The position numbers and the translations under genes are program-made. The notes under the pieces were generated by a model. That model ran no database searches and was not told the origin of the DNA. It saw only the letters and a list, made by a program, of their open reading frames with translations. A DNA stretch of 64,000 nt from assembly GCA_963813025.1 (NCBI GenBank), contig CAWEXO010000013.1, positions 256,001-320,000 on the forward strand, in the 5' to 3' direction. Below are positions 38,733 through 48,672 of the stretch, piece by piece (the first letter of the stretch is position 1; every line of letters begins with the position of its first letter). Source of the DNA: an uncultured Verrucomicrobiae bacterium. Lineage in GTDB: Bacteria > Verrucomicrobiota > Verrucomicrobiia > Chthoniobacterales > JAFAMB01.

Positions 38733-39472
38733 TCTGCGTCGTGGAAGATGATGCCGACAGTGTGCCGATGACCTGATCGCAAGCGGCTCACGCCATGACG
38801 AAGTTTAACCCGGTAGGTGCCGCGGGTGCCCCGCACTGGACGGTGGTGCACCGCGAAGATCACGCCATCACCCTGGCTGAGCGCGACGACTTCGCCGCGT
38901 GACTGCATACGAGGCCGCTGTTCCATGAGCATGAATTCGCCGCCAGTGAAGTCTTCGCCAGGCGCGGAAAGCAAAAAGGCGACCTGCAACGGAAAGACCA
39001 GTTCGCCGTACATGTCTTGATGGAGACAGTTGTAATCACCCTCGCCATATTGCAGAAGCAGCGGTGTCGGCCGGGTTTGCCCGGCTGCGTGACAGCGTTC
39101 GAGATACTCATCGTGGCCGGTCGGATAGCTGACGTTGATCTTCATCTCTCGATTCCAGCGGTTCGCAACGGCGGCGAGGTGCGGGTAAAGTGACCGTCGC
39201 AAGATGGAGACAACCTCGGAAAGCGGATACGCGAAATACTTGTATTCACCCCGGCCGAACCCGTGGCGGGCCATCACGACTCGACTCCGAAAAAGCTCAT
39301 CCCGTGGGTAAAGCGCGGCGAGGGCGCGACACTGCTCGGGCAACAGCAATCCTTTGGCGATGGCGCATCCGTAGGTTTCGAGCTCGTTCTCGATCTGCGG
39401 CCAATTGAGTGATTCCACCCGCGCAGCCAAGTCCGCGGCGCTGAGTTCTTCGGTCGGTGTCCTCGGGGTCAT
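38729..39472 (-). CDS. 2OG-Fe(II) oxygenase (DUF2086 / Oxygenase-NA)
   Basis: HGFGRGEYKYF, YNCLHQD, EQRPRMQSR, RHGVS, GIIFHDA. Confidence 0.92.
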   Translation of the reverse strand: MTPRTPTEELSAADLAARVESLNWPQIENELETYGCAIAKGLLLPEQCRALAALYPRDELFRSRVVMARHGFGRGEYKYFAYPLSEVVSILRRSLYPHLAAVANRWNREMKINVSYPTGHDEYLERCHAAGQTRPTPLLLQYGEGDYNCLHQDMYGELVFPLQVAFLLSAPGEDFTGGEFMLMEQRPRMQSRGEVVALSQGDGVIFAVHHRPVRGTRGTYRVKLRHGVSRLRSGHRHTVGIIFHDAE

Positions 39473-39972
39473 TTTGCTTCTTCTCTCGCTTGATCAGGTA
39501 AGCCGCGCGTCGGCACGTTCGGGTTGGAGCAGTAACTTCATAGAGATCCTGTTTCCGAGAGAACTTTATCGCGTCTGTTTTTGTGTCGAACTCCGGTTCT
39601 TGCTTTTTCATGCGGGACCATTCTGGCATTCTCGGCAAGCGCACTTCGCTAAGCTTTCCCATCGTCTCCGGAGCCTAGCGCGTATCGCGGCATCCCTCGT
39701 CGCCGGCAACAGAGCAGAAGAGGGCCTCGCACGGAGACCACGATGTGCGCGGAGTAAATGATAAATGCTACGGTTTGTTGCGACGGCGAAGGACCCTCTG
39801 TGCGAGACTCGATCGATATCAATTTGGTGAGTAATTTCGGGATTGGGCTGAGAAGGTAGCTCTGGCCGGACGCAGCGGCGAGTGATTAATAGCCTGGCCC
39901 TGGCAGCCCAGGGCTTTAATCTCAGGCGCTTTCAGCGCTCGAGCCCAAACGCCCAAATGCCGAACGAATCCC

Positions 39973-41031
39973 TCAGAAATCGTACTTGTCTATGTCGTCT
40001 TTGGTGAAGACATGAGGCGGGCCGAGCAACACCTGGCTACCATTGATGATTTTCAACTTACCTAATTTTCCACACTCCACTTCCGTAACGCCGGGCTTGA
40101 GTTTGCCGTCGATAACCGCCCGCATCACATAGGCAGCGGCGTATCCAAGATCAACCGGATTCCACAAAACATCGCTTTTGACCGCCCCGTTCTTAAAAAA
40201 CGGTTTCATCTGGTTCGGAGTCGACTGGCCGACCACCGCGATTTTGCCAATCAACCCGGCCTGAGTAATGGCATCTGCTGCTCCCGGGAAAGCGACGCTG
40301 GAAAGGCCAATAATACCTTTCACATTCGGGTAAGCCTTGATGATCTGGCCTGTAACTTTGAACGCCAGCTGCTGATCTTCCTCAGCGGGAAGAATCGTTA
40401 CCAGGTGAAGCTTCGGGTAGGCGGAGGCGATGTACTTTTTGATTTCGGCAATCCAGGCGTTCTGACCGGCGGCAGTCATTGAGCTGGTCACGATCGCGAA
40501 ATCGGCTTCCGGTCCAATCTCCGCAACGAGGCGGTCAATATCTGCCTTGGCCACTGCATCCGGGGTGCACATCTGTACGAACCACTCGCGAGCATCAGGC
40601 TCCGACTCAGCATCATAACCGATGACGTGAATCCCGGCCTTCAGCGCTTTCCGGAGCACGGGCGAAATAGCAACCGGATCATTTGCGGCAAAGAAGATGC
40701 CATCCACCCCGCGGGAAATGGCGTTATCGATGAACTCGATCTGTTTCTGGATATCGCCTTCAGTCGGAGCATCGGTAGTCACCTGGGTCGGGACGCCGTT
40801 TTTCGTTATTTCCGCGCAGGCGTCAGCGATTCCCTTGGCGGTAGCGTTGAAGTAGCCGATGCCCACCAGCTTGGGGATATCAGCCAAGATGACCTTCTTG
40901 CCCTTGAGATCTTTTGGATTGGTTGGCTGGCCTCCATTGTAAGCAGTATCGGCACCGAAGGCAGTTGTCGCCAGGACTGTAACCACAAAAAATGCCGTTT
41001 TTGTGAGTGGATGAACTTTGAGTGGACTCAT
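39973..41031 (-). CDS. Sugar ABC substrate-binding protein (RhaS/LsrB-like), orphan
   Basis: Signal peptide, IPKLVGIGYF, LWNPVDLGY, IDKYDF. Confidence 0.88.
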   Translation of the reverse strand: MSPLKVHPLTKTAFFVVTVLATTAFGADTAYNGGQPTNPKDLKGKKVILADIPKLVGIGYFNATAKGIADACAEITKNGVPTQVTTDAPTEGDIQKQIEFIDNAISRGVDGIFFAANDPVAISPVLRKALKAGIHVIGYDAESEPDAREWFVQMCTPDAVAKADIDRLVAEIGPEADFAIVTSSMTAAGQNAWIAEIKKYIASAYPKLHLVTILPAEEDQQLAFKVTGQIIKAYPNVKGIIGLSSVAFPGAADAITQAGLIGKIAVVGQSTPNQMKPFFKNGAVKSDVLWNPVDLGYAAAYVMRAVIDGKLKPGVTEVECGKLGKLKIINGSQVLLGPPHVFTKDDIDKYDF

Positions 41032-41390
41032 TTTGTAATGGGGGGGTGGATTTGGTTTGATGAAGCGGCCTCCTGCGAGAACACGCTGTTCTAAAAATTG
41101 ATTTAGCAGAATTGACAGGATCAGTACAGTGCAGATCAAGATGACGGTCGCTTTGCCTCGGATGATCGAGTCGCTGTGAGGCGATTGGATTGGAGTCCAG
41201 GCACGGTTGGGAAAAAGGGGTAGCAGAGGCCTCGATGCCGCTTAGCGTACGATTTAGAGCGGATTCTGGATGACCCGGCTACTTTTCTGTTCCATTGCTC
41301 CCCAACACCCAAGCGTCGCTCGCCAATTCTCCGGCGCATTCCTGCTCGGGTCGTTGGAGCGGGCTTGCGTCCTGAGCACGTGAAGGACCG

Positions 41391-41738
41391 CTAGATCGGA
41401 CGAGCAAATGAAAGCTCATGGCCATCAGGATCCGGCAAATGGAAATAACGTTCGCCCCACGAGGCATCCTGCGGACTGTCCGGATGAAATCCCTTTTCCA
41501 TGAGGTACGCCCAGCAACGGTCAACATCAGAAACGTGAAAAATCAGCCGCCCCCACCGGATACTCGCGTTGCCGTGTTCGAGATTCAGAATCGTATCTCC
41601 GTCTTTTGTGCGTAGCGATGTGAAATCTGAGCCTTCGCTGCCGTAGATGATCTCCAGTCCCAAGACATCTTTGTAGAAGCGAACGGATGCCCGCATGTTC
41701 GCGACCCGAAGAGTAACCGCAGAAATCTTCTCAACCAT
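41391..41738 (-). CDS. VOC/glyoxalase family protein
   Basis: GGAGG RBS; SVRFYKDVLG, WGERYFHLPDPDGHELSF. Confidence 0.9.
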   Translation of the reverse strand: MVEKISAVTLRVANMRASVRFYKDVLGLEIIYGSEGSDFTSLRTKDGDTILNLEHGNASIRWGRLIFHVSDVDRCWAYLMEKGFHPDSPQDASWGERYFHLPDPDGHELSFARPI

Positions 41739-41780
41739 AGATGTGCCTCCAAGGAAATGCCAGTAGGTCCAGCCGCTGGC

Positions 41781-41850
41781 CTGGAATTGCTTAAAGCAGG
41801 CCTAGCCTGGTCGTACGAACATTATCTGCCGCAAGCGAGGCAAAAAGTGC
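41781..41850 (+). pseudogene. Thermonuclease (SNase) fragment
   Basis: LELLKAGLAWSYEHYL motif, isolated. Confidence 0.5.
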
Positions 41851-42557
41851 AGGCCGGCTCATTTGCGGGTGTTTTGATAACCACCAGGACTTAATGGTTG
41901 GGCACCTGACCCCTTACGCTACTTTTCTATGCTTACCGAATACGTTCATAAACAGCAAACCATGAAAGGAACTAAATATGATTAAAAACGACACAGATCG
42001 AAGAGCCCCGTCAATTGGACAACCGTTGAGAACACCGAGAGCCTACAGGAGATCGCCGTATGCCTTGCTTGCCCGCGCGGGCTGCGCCTGTCCTTCTTTG
42101 ATCCTCGACCCTGGATCGCTGTTTTGTATTGTATGGTTTGGACCATGCCCTCCATTTCGTTAAGTGCGGTCTTGAATCCTGAGGACTCCGTCTTCCTCTT
42201 CGCTGAGTAACTCAGTCAACGGAAGTAGATTCACGCCTGAGACATTTGCCGACTGGAAGCAGCCGAACCAAGAAGTGTGTTCTCTTACCTAAAAAATGCC
42301 GGTGTGCGCGGTGTTCTGTTGCGGATGTGTGGGAGCAGGTGCAGGCGGTCGCGACCTGATCGCGCAGCCAGAGCGTTCACACCAGGAAGCTTTCGCGGGA
42401 ATCAGGGTCAGCCCGGGATGATTTACCGACCAAAGATAGCCCCGAGGATTTTGCGATCCAATCCAGCCTCTCCCCCTAGAGCACCACATCTTTTTTTCGG
42501 TTCGAGCAACCGCGGACTTGTGTATTCTTCAACGAATTTGGAGAGTAGGGAAAATAT

Positions 42558-43011
42558 ATGAGCGAAGATTTTAAAGTTAGCCGAGAGCGAATGGTCGAAC
42601 TGCTCAATGAAGATCTATCTCGCGAATACCAGGCCATTATCGCCTACACGATCTACAGCCAGACGATAAAAGGCGCCGCTTTTAACAATATCGCAGCTCA
42701 ACTCGAAGATCATGCATCGGAAGAACTTAGCCATGCACTCCTAATTGCCGACAGATCGACTATCTCAACGGGACGCCGACCAGCACACCAAAAGAAGTCA
42801 AAATCTCCAACAAGGCCGAAGATATGCTCCGGTTTGACCTGGAAAATGAAAGCAGACCATCCTGAATTATCGGCAACGGATTCGCCAAGCCGATGCAATG
42901 AGTGAATTCGCGCTCGGAGAGGTTCTTCGAAAGATTATAGAGCAGGAGCAAGATCATTTGCTTGACCTCGCCGATGCGTTGGGCATAGACGCTCCAAAGA
43001 TTGGTGACTGA
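42558..43011 (+). pseudogene. Bacterioferritin/ferritin-like protein, two frameshifts
   Basis: LNEDLSREYQAIIAY...EELSHA | QIDYLNG...FDLENE | YRQRI...EQEQDH; TGA at 43009-43011. Confidence 0.85.
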
Positions 43012-43118
43012 TGTCTGCGCTTTCGCGCAGGGTGTTATCGGGCAAGGACTATCCTCAGCAGGCCGATGTCCCGAAAGTAGCCAATGCTTCGTCTATTTTT
43101 ACCTCTTACTGGATCGCC

Positions 43119-43811
43119 TTACTGAGGCCGGACATCTACCTCCGGGACTGTCGCCGAGACAGTTGTCTTGACGAGCTGTGATCGAGAGCGTTTAGCCGGC
43201 GGTTTCTTCCGAGTGCGCTGCAAGTATTCACTCGGATAGGTGATCGTGGTGTGTTGGACTTTGGCAAAAGACGTGAGCGTATGAACCTGGCGGCGAGTTG
43301 GACTCATGATGTCTTCGGTGCGAATTCCGCGGACGAACAAAGCATCAGCAATGAGCGAGCGATGACAGCGCCAGGGCACCGCTTCAGCACACATCAAGGC
43401 GATGCGGTCCTGGTTCGCCAATTGGATCAATTCTTCAAGACTCTTCTCAAATTCTGGTGTTTGCATGTAATCTGCAAAGCCGCGGAACGAACCGTTGCAC
43501 CATCCCAGGTTGAGCGAATCACGCGATGGATGGCGCAGACCGCCAAGTCCTGGCATGTGAACGTATCCAAGCCCGACTTTCTTCAATGATCCTGGCAATG
43601 AAGTTTTGTTGAACTGTGGGTTATGCCACGAGCGTGGCATGGTGCGCACGTCCACCACGCGCGCTACCCCGTGTGCCTGAAGCAGGCCGATGAATTCCTC
43701 GAGTGTGCGTGTGGAGTGGCCGATGGTCAGCACGATCGGCGAAGGTCCCGGTCGTGACATTCGCTTACGTACAAGTCCAGCAATTTTCGGGTTGACTCTC
43801 CGCATGCTCAT
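43119..43811 (-). CDS. DUF488 family protein
   Basis: TIGHSTR, VDVRTMPRS, LGGLR, MCAEAVPWRCHRSLIAD. Confidence 0.9.
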   Translation of the reverse strand: MSMRRVNPKIAGLVRKRMSRPGPSPIVLTIGHSTRTLEEFIGLLQAHGVARVVDVRTMPRSWHNPQFNKTSLPGSLKKVGLGYVHMPGLGGLRHPSRDSLNLGWCNGSFRGFADYMQTPEFEKSLEELIQLANQDRIALMCAEAVPWRCHRSLIADALFVRGIRTEDIMSPTRRQVHTLTSFAKVQHTTITYPSEYLQRTRKKPPAKRSRSQLVKTTVSATVPEVDVRPQ

Positions 43812-44336
43812 TTTCCGCGTTCAGCTTGAGAATGGGCCTTAACAAACCAGAGCCAGTAATCCATTGCATGCGAAATCTCAGTGAACAGGTCGGCCGTGTC
43901 AGCGTCATCTAACTTTGCCGCCTCATTGATCGAAGTGCGAGCTTCGTGCCCGAAGGTGGACAACGCCTTTTCGACAGCTTCGAGATGTGCCATGCCCGTC
44001 CGCGAGCACGAGCGGATACTCTGCATGTCGCGAGCGTGCTGAGGCAACGCGCACAGTGACTTCGACGATGCCGCCCAGTTGCACAATGCGCTCGGCAATC
44101 ATATCCACATATAACTCCACGGCTGCGTCGACCTTGTCGAAGAGTTCGTTCAGCCCGATAAAGCTCGGGCCTTTCATGTTCCAATGCGCTTGTTTCATCT
44201 GCATTTGAAGGTCAACGACGTCAGCCAAACGTTGATTCAGCAGCTCGTTCAGTTCCGCCCGCAGCTTTTGGGTGTGATCGTTTTCAATTTCGTACATTTT
44301 GGGTGCTACGATGAGTTTGTTAGCGAAGGTTGTCAT
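43808..44336 (-). pseudogene. dps: Dps DNA starvation/stationary phase protein, frameshifted
   Basis: KQAHWNMKG, DMIAERIVQLGG | DADTADLFTEIS...LWFV; frameshift near 43995. Confidence 0.87.
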
Positions 44337-44535
44337 TGGTTGCTTGAGAGTTGTTTTTGTTTGAAGACCTCGAGATGACAGAAGACGTTTTTTCTTCCCA
44401 AATGTTCGCTCGCACAATTTAGTCGCCGGATCTCGCTTAGCGTGATCTGCCGTGCGTGTGTGACTTTCTTTTTTCGAGCCAGAGTCTCCTGTTTCTCGGC
44501 GCACAATAATATGCGCGCAAAATCCGCCTGACGCG

Positions 44536-44604
44536 ATGGGGTGTTCACCCCATCTTCATCGGTCGGAACACGTGCGGATTTCCGGGATGAGGTGAACACC
44601 CCAT
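44536..44604. promoter_or_regulatory. Pair of 18-bp palindromic sites between divergent dps and DoxX-like genes
   Basis: ATGGGGTGTTCACCCCAT (44536-44553) and ATGAGGTGAACACCCCAT (44587-44604). Confidence 0.55.
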
Positions 44605-44755
44605 GGCATCGCCAAGAATCAGAGTGGACATTACTCGTATGGGTGATCCGGATTGTCATCCAAGCTTCGATTGTGTCCCTGCAGGTAACTTTGTCCAAGG
44701 TTGCTGCAAATCCTGCGGCGCTACGGTCTACAAAAGTTAACCAGAAGATATTCCA

Positions 44756-45176
44756 ATGAACAAAACAACTGCATCAGGAAGACGAACAACCGATACAACA
44801 GCGGCACAAAAGGTGACGTAACCTATCAGGCTTATCGCATCCTTCAGGTCGCCTTCGTTGCAGCGCCGATCCTCGCGGGACTCGACAAGTTCTTCAACAT
44901 TCTGGTTGACTGGAAGCAATACTTGGCGCCATTTGTCGGAAACTTGGTCGCCCCAGCTCTCTTCATGTCTGTTGTGGGGGTGGTCGAGATCGTCGCAGGC
45001 ATCGGGGTGGCTATCAAGCCACGGATTTTCGCTTACGTTCTCGCAGTCTGGCTGGTGGGCATCATTCTCAACTTACTCATGATTCCGGGCTATTTCGACG
45101 TCGCGTTGCGCGATCTGGCCTCGCCCTCGGCGCGCTGGCACTTGGCCGGCTCAGTCGAAAGTTCGATCATCGCTGA
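44756..45176 (+). pseudogene. DoxX-like membrane protein, two frameshifts
   Basis: APILAGLDKFFN, VGVVEIVAG, DVALRD | GLALGALALGRLS. Confidence 0.75.
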
Positions 45177-45338
45177 AGAAGGAACTGATAGTCACTCGCA
45201 AGCCGTCAGCGGCAACCGCCTGGTTCTCACTCACTAGGAGGAAACAACAATGGCGAAACGAATTCCGCCTGGTTTACACGGCAATGCAGAAGGAGAATTA
45301 CAGCTCGCTCCGGCGCTCCGACTAAGATAGCTGGACGT

Positions 45339-45689
45339 CTACGACCTTCTTTCCAGAAACTGCTTTAGAACAACCGCCTCATTGTGCGCTTGATCGCGGG
45401 CCCCGTAGACCAGAGTGACGGTTCCTGCTTTGGTCTTGCTTTTTATCAACTTGAGCTGGTCGCCGCGATGTTTGAGCTCTGTTTGATAACGTCCGCGGAA
45501 GCTTCGCCACTTCTTCGGATCGTGCCCGAACCACTTCCGAAGTTCGGTGCTCGGAGCAATGTCTTTCAGCCACAGGTCAACCTTTGCCTTTTCTTTTGTC
45601 AAACCTCGCGGCCAGAGCCTGTCCACCAGAATGCGCCTGCCATCATTCTTGTCCGGCTGCTCGTAGACCCTCTTAATTTTTAGTATCAA
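45339..45689 (-). CDS. DUF488 family protein (YeaO-like)
   Basis: IKRVY, RILVDRLWPRG, APSTELRKWFGHDP, HNEAVVL. Confidence 0.92.
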   Translation of the reverse strand: MILKIKRVYEQPDKNDGRRILVDRLWPRGLTKEKAKVDLWLKDIAPSTELRKWFGHDPKKWRSFRGRYQTELKHRGDQLKLIKSKTKAGTVTLVYGARDQAHNEAVVLKQFLERRS

Positions 45690-45719
45690 TTACGATCTCC
45701 TTCGTTACGCCGCACCATC

Positions 45720-46700
45720 GCATCGCATGGACGAATGACGATCAGCTCCGGCATCGCCCGTAGCGAGGCAAGGTGTTCGATCGGCTGATGCGTTGGACCG
45801 TCCTGCCCGAGAGCAATGCTGTCGTGCGTGAAGACATAGATCACCCCCAGCTCCATCAGCGCCGCGAGCCGAATCGGTGGCCGCATGTAGTCCGAGAAAA
45901 TGAGAAACGTCGCGGTAAACGGAATGATGCCGCCATGCGCCGCCAACCCATTAGCGATGGATCCCATGCCATGCTCGCGAACACCGAAGTGCAGGTTGCG
46001 TCCAGCATAACTCCAGCCGCCGCCCGTCGATCCTTGCAAGTTGCCGACCTCGTCGCGCGGATTCTCGAAATCGCCCATCGCCGGTAACGCGGTGTGGGTG
46101 GAAGGATCTAAGTCAGCCGAGCCGCCGATCAATAAAGGAAGTTTTTTATCGATCGTGTTTAGCACCTTTCCTGATGCGACGCGGGTCGCCATGCCCTTCG
46201 GATCGGCCGGAAAGCTCGGAATGCCGGCGTCCCAGTCCTTAGGTAACTCGCCATCCATTCCTTGTTGGAATTCTTTGGCGAGGTCGGGGAATGCTTTGGC
46301 GTACCCGGAAAATTTCGCGTTCCATTCCGCTTCAGCCTGTTTGCCATTCTTGAGCGCACCGCGGAAATGCGCGAGAGCCTCGTCTGGAATATAGAAAGTT
46401 GGGTCGAGTGGCCAGCCCAACGCTTGTTTCGTCAGCGTCACCTCCTTGTCACCCAGCGGCGAGCCGTGCGCCTCAAAAGTGTCTTGCTTGTTCGGTGAGC
46501 CGTACCCGATATGTGTGCGCACGAGAATCAGAGAGGGACGTCCCTTCTCGCCTTGCGCCACACGCAGCGCGCCTTCAATGGCGGCAAGATCATTTCCATT
46601 CTCAACCGTCTGGGTGTGCCAGCCGTACGCTTCGAAACGCATGGCACGATCTTCGGTGAACGTGATGTTAGTCCCAGCGGAAAGCGTAATGTGGTTATCA
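45720..46700 (-). pseudogene. tkt: Transketolase internal fragment
   Basis: HGSPLG, GGSADL, FGVREHGM, THDSIALGQDGPTHQPIE; both ends missing. Confidence 0.9.
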
Positions 46701-47185
46701 TTCATTTTCTCCTGCTGGTTGGTTATCTCGTCTTTCTCGTAATCCATGTCGGACTTGTGATCTTGACGGGGTTCTTGCGTAATATGAACCATATCGTTCT
46801 TGGTACGGACAACGAGACGGCCCTTGGAATGATTCTCGGATTGGTCGGCATCGGCGCCGTTGTTGCTTCGTGGGTGCTCGCACACTTGGTCGCCTATCAT
46901 GTTTTATTCCTTTGTGAAGGGCTTTACGGCGGAACGTATTACGATACCCAAAGCCTTGCGACGATGCTCTACTCGGAATGCATCCTCGCCTATGAAATGA
47001 ATTCGCAACCGCTCCGTGATGTTTACGGAGCGCCTTTGCGCCTCCGAGTAGAAAATCAGCTGGGCTACAAGATGGTAAAGTGGATTAGAGAAATCCGCTT
47101 CATCCGCAGCGAAAAGGAGGTGGGCGAAGGAGAAGGCGGCAAGAACGAAAATGACGAGTATTTTGACCTGCTACCAAACATTTAA
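46701..47185 (+). pseudogene. Cytochrome b / molybdopterin oxidoreductase (MsrP-like) fragment with internal deletion
   Basis: TM part joined directly to ILAYEMN...GAPLRLRVENQLGYKMVKW. Confidence 0.8.
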
Positions 47186-47313
47186 CTCGCGCTATTTCGA
47201 AGATGGAATGTGAATTTTTGCGCAATGGAAGACTCAATCCCGCCGAGCGGCTATGGTAAGACGCCATCGACGCATGAAATTTTCATCTTAGGAGAATCCA
47301 AGTCAAAGCCCTG

Positions 47314-47331
47314 ATGGGGTAAACACCCCAT
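47314..47331. promoter_or_regulatory. Third copy of the 18-bp palindromic site
   Basis: ATGGGGTAAACACCCCAT, ~85 nt upstream of the FNR-like start. Confidence 0.55.
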
Positions 47332-47416
47332 AGCGGCGTCAACGTTTTCCGGCCTACAATGTTGTCAAGCAGATACAGGCAGCTTGCATCAGCACGATTC
47401 GCGGAGGAGGAAACAA

Positions 47417-47815
47417 ATGAGCAGTGAGCCAACAACCTATTTGGTAAAACTGACGAATCGTTTTCCGGTTGCCGAGCGCACGATCGCTTTCCAGTTCGAA
47501 AAACCCGCGAAGTTTATCTTCAAACCCGGGCAATGGATCGACATTACGCTGCTCAATCCTGCCGAAACGGACGCCGAAGGCAATGTGCGCGGATTCTCAA
47601 TTGCCAGTGCGCCGTACGAAGACGCGCTCATGGTGGCGACGCGAATGCGCGATACGGCCTTCAAACGTGTATTGGCAAAAGTACCCTTGAATACCGAAGT
47701 CAAAATCGCCGGGTCTGGTGGCAATCTGACTTTGCACAACAATCCTGCCGGACGGCAGTGTTCCTCGCCGGTGGAATCGGCTTCACTCCGATCCGGAGCA
47801 TCCTGATACGGCGTG
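47417..47815 (+). pseudogene. Ferredoxin-NADP reductase-like FAD oxidoreductase, frameshifted and truncated
   Basis: GGAGGA RBS; FKPGQ, RGFSIASAP | AVFLAGGIGFTPIRS. Confidence 0.82.
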
Positions 47816-47939
47816 CTGAAATTCGGGTAATAGCCGGGCTGCGCGCGGGGCTTGAGCAGCTCGCCAGTTCGCGGATTAACGGGGAGCCGCTGGTTGTCAG
47901 CGTGTCAGCGTTTGATCTCTTTCCGTTGGGCTGCATCCG

Positions 47940-48670
47940 CTAACGCTCCCTTCGCATCAGACTCGCGAGCAAACCGATCGTGCCGCACGCGGCGAAAAGC
48001 AGTGGCGCGAAAATCGGTGGGCCGTATACAATATTGTACAGCGGTTTCTTCATTCCTCCGGGCCGCCGGAGCACGCCGCGCGCGTGATAAAGAAAACCGA
48101 CCCCACCATCGATGATCGCCAACGCCGACATAGATGGCAGCCAGGTGCGCGCCGCCTTCGGGCTGCGCATCGCGCCCGCGGCCGCACCGATCAGCAGCGG
48201 CGCGAAAATTGGCGGTCCCATGATGATGTTTACGATCGGGAGACGCCAGCCGCCGGTTTGCGCTGAATGCCGCGAAGGTGAAAACAAAATCCGATCAGAC
48301 CGTCGAGTAGCGTGACTGCAGAGGTCCAGCGAAGGACCGACTGCGCCGCGCGCCGGCTGAATGCTCCCCAAATTCCAGCAATCGTCATCGCGCCGCCAAG
48401 CACGACCGGCGTGTACATGATCCGCTGACCGTAGCTGCCGCGATAATGTTCGTAAGCGACCTCCGCGCCAGCCAGGACGCTTGACGCGCCCGCCAGCGCC
48501 GACAGACTTCGCTGGAAACGTCCTCACCGAATGTGGGTCTCCGCAGTCTCGATCTCCTCTGCGAGCCGCGATGGTAGCAACCTATCGAGGAACCGGTCAG
48601 GCCAACTGCCGTTTTGGTCTGCCGCAGTCGAGCGGCGCCGAGTGTTCTTAGAGGTAATTTTCACCGCACA
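47940..48670 (-). pseudogene. Membrane hypothetical protein with repeated GPPIFAPLL, degraded
   Basis: YEHYRGSY, GFxxHxRG, two GPPIFAPLL motifs spread over frames, with an internal stop. Confidence 0.65.
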
Positions 48671-48672
48671 AT

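Noticed and set aside
39473..39662. Possible ada/ogt remnant upstream of the oxygenase
   Set aside because: No PCHR or Zn-binding motif found
45250..45330. 26-aa ORF with strong RBS (MAKRIPPGLHG...)
   Set aside because: Most likely the truncated start of a deleted gene; product cannot be supported
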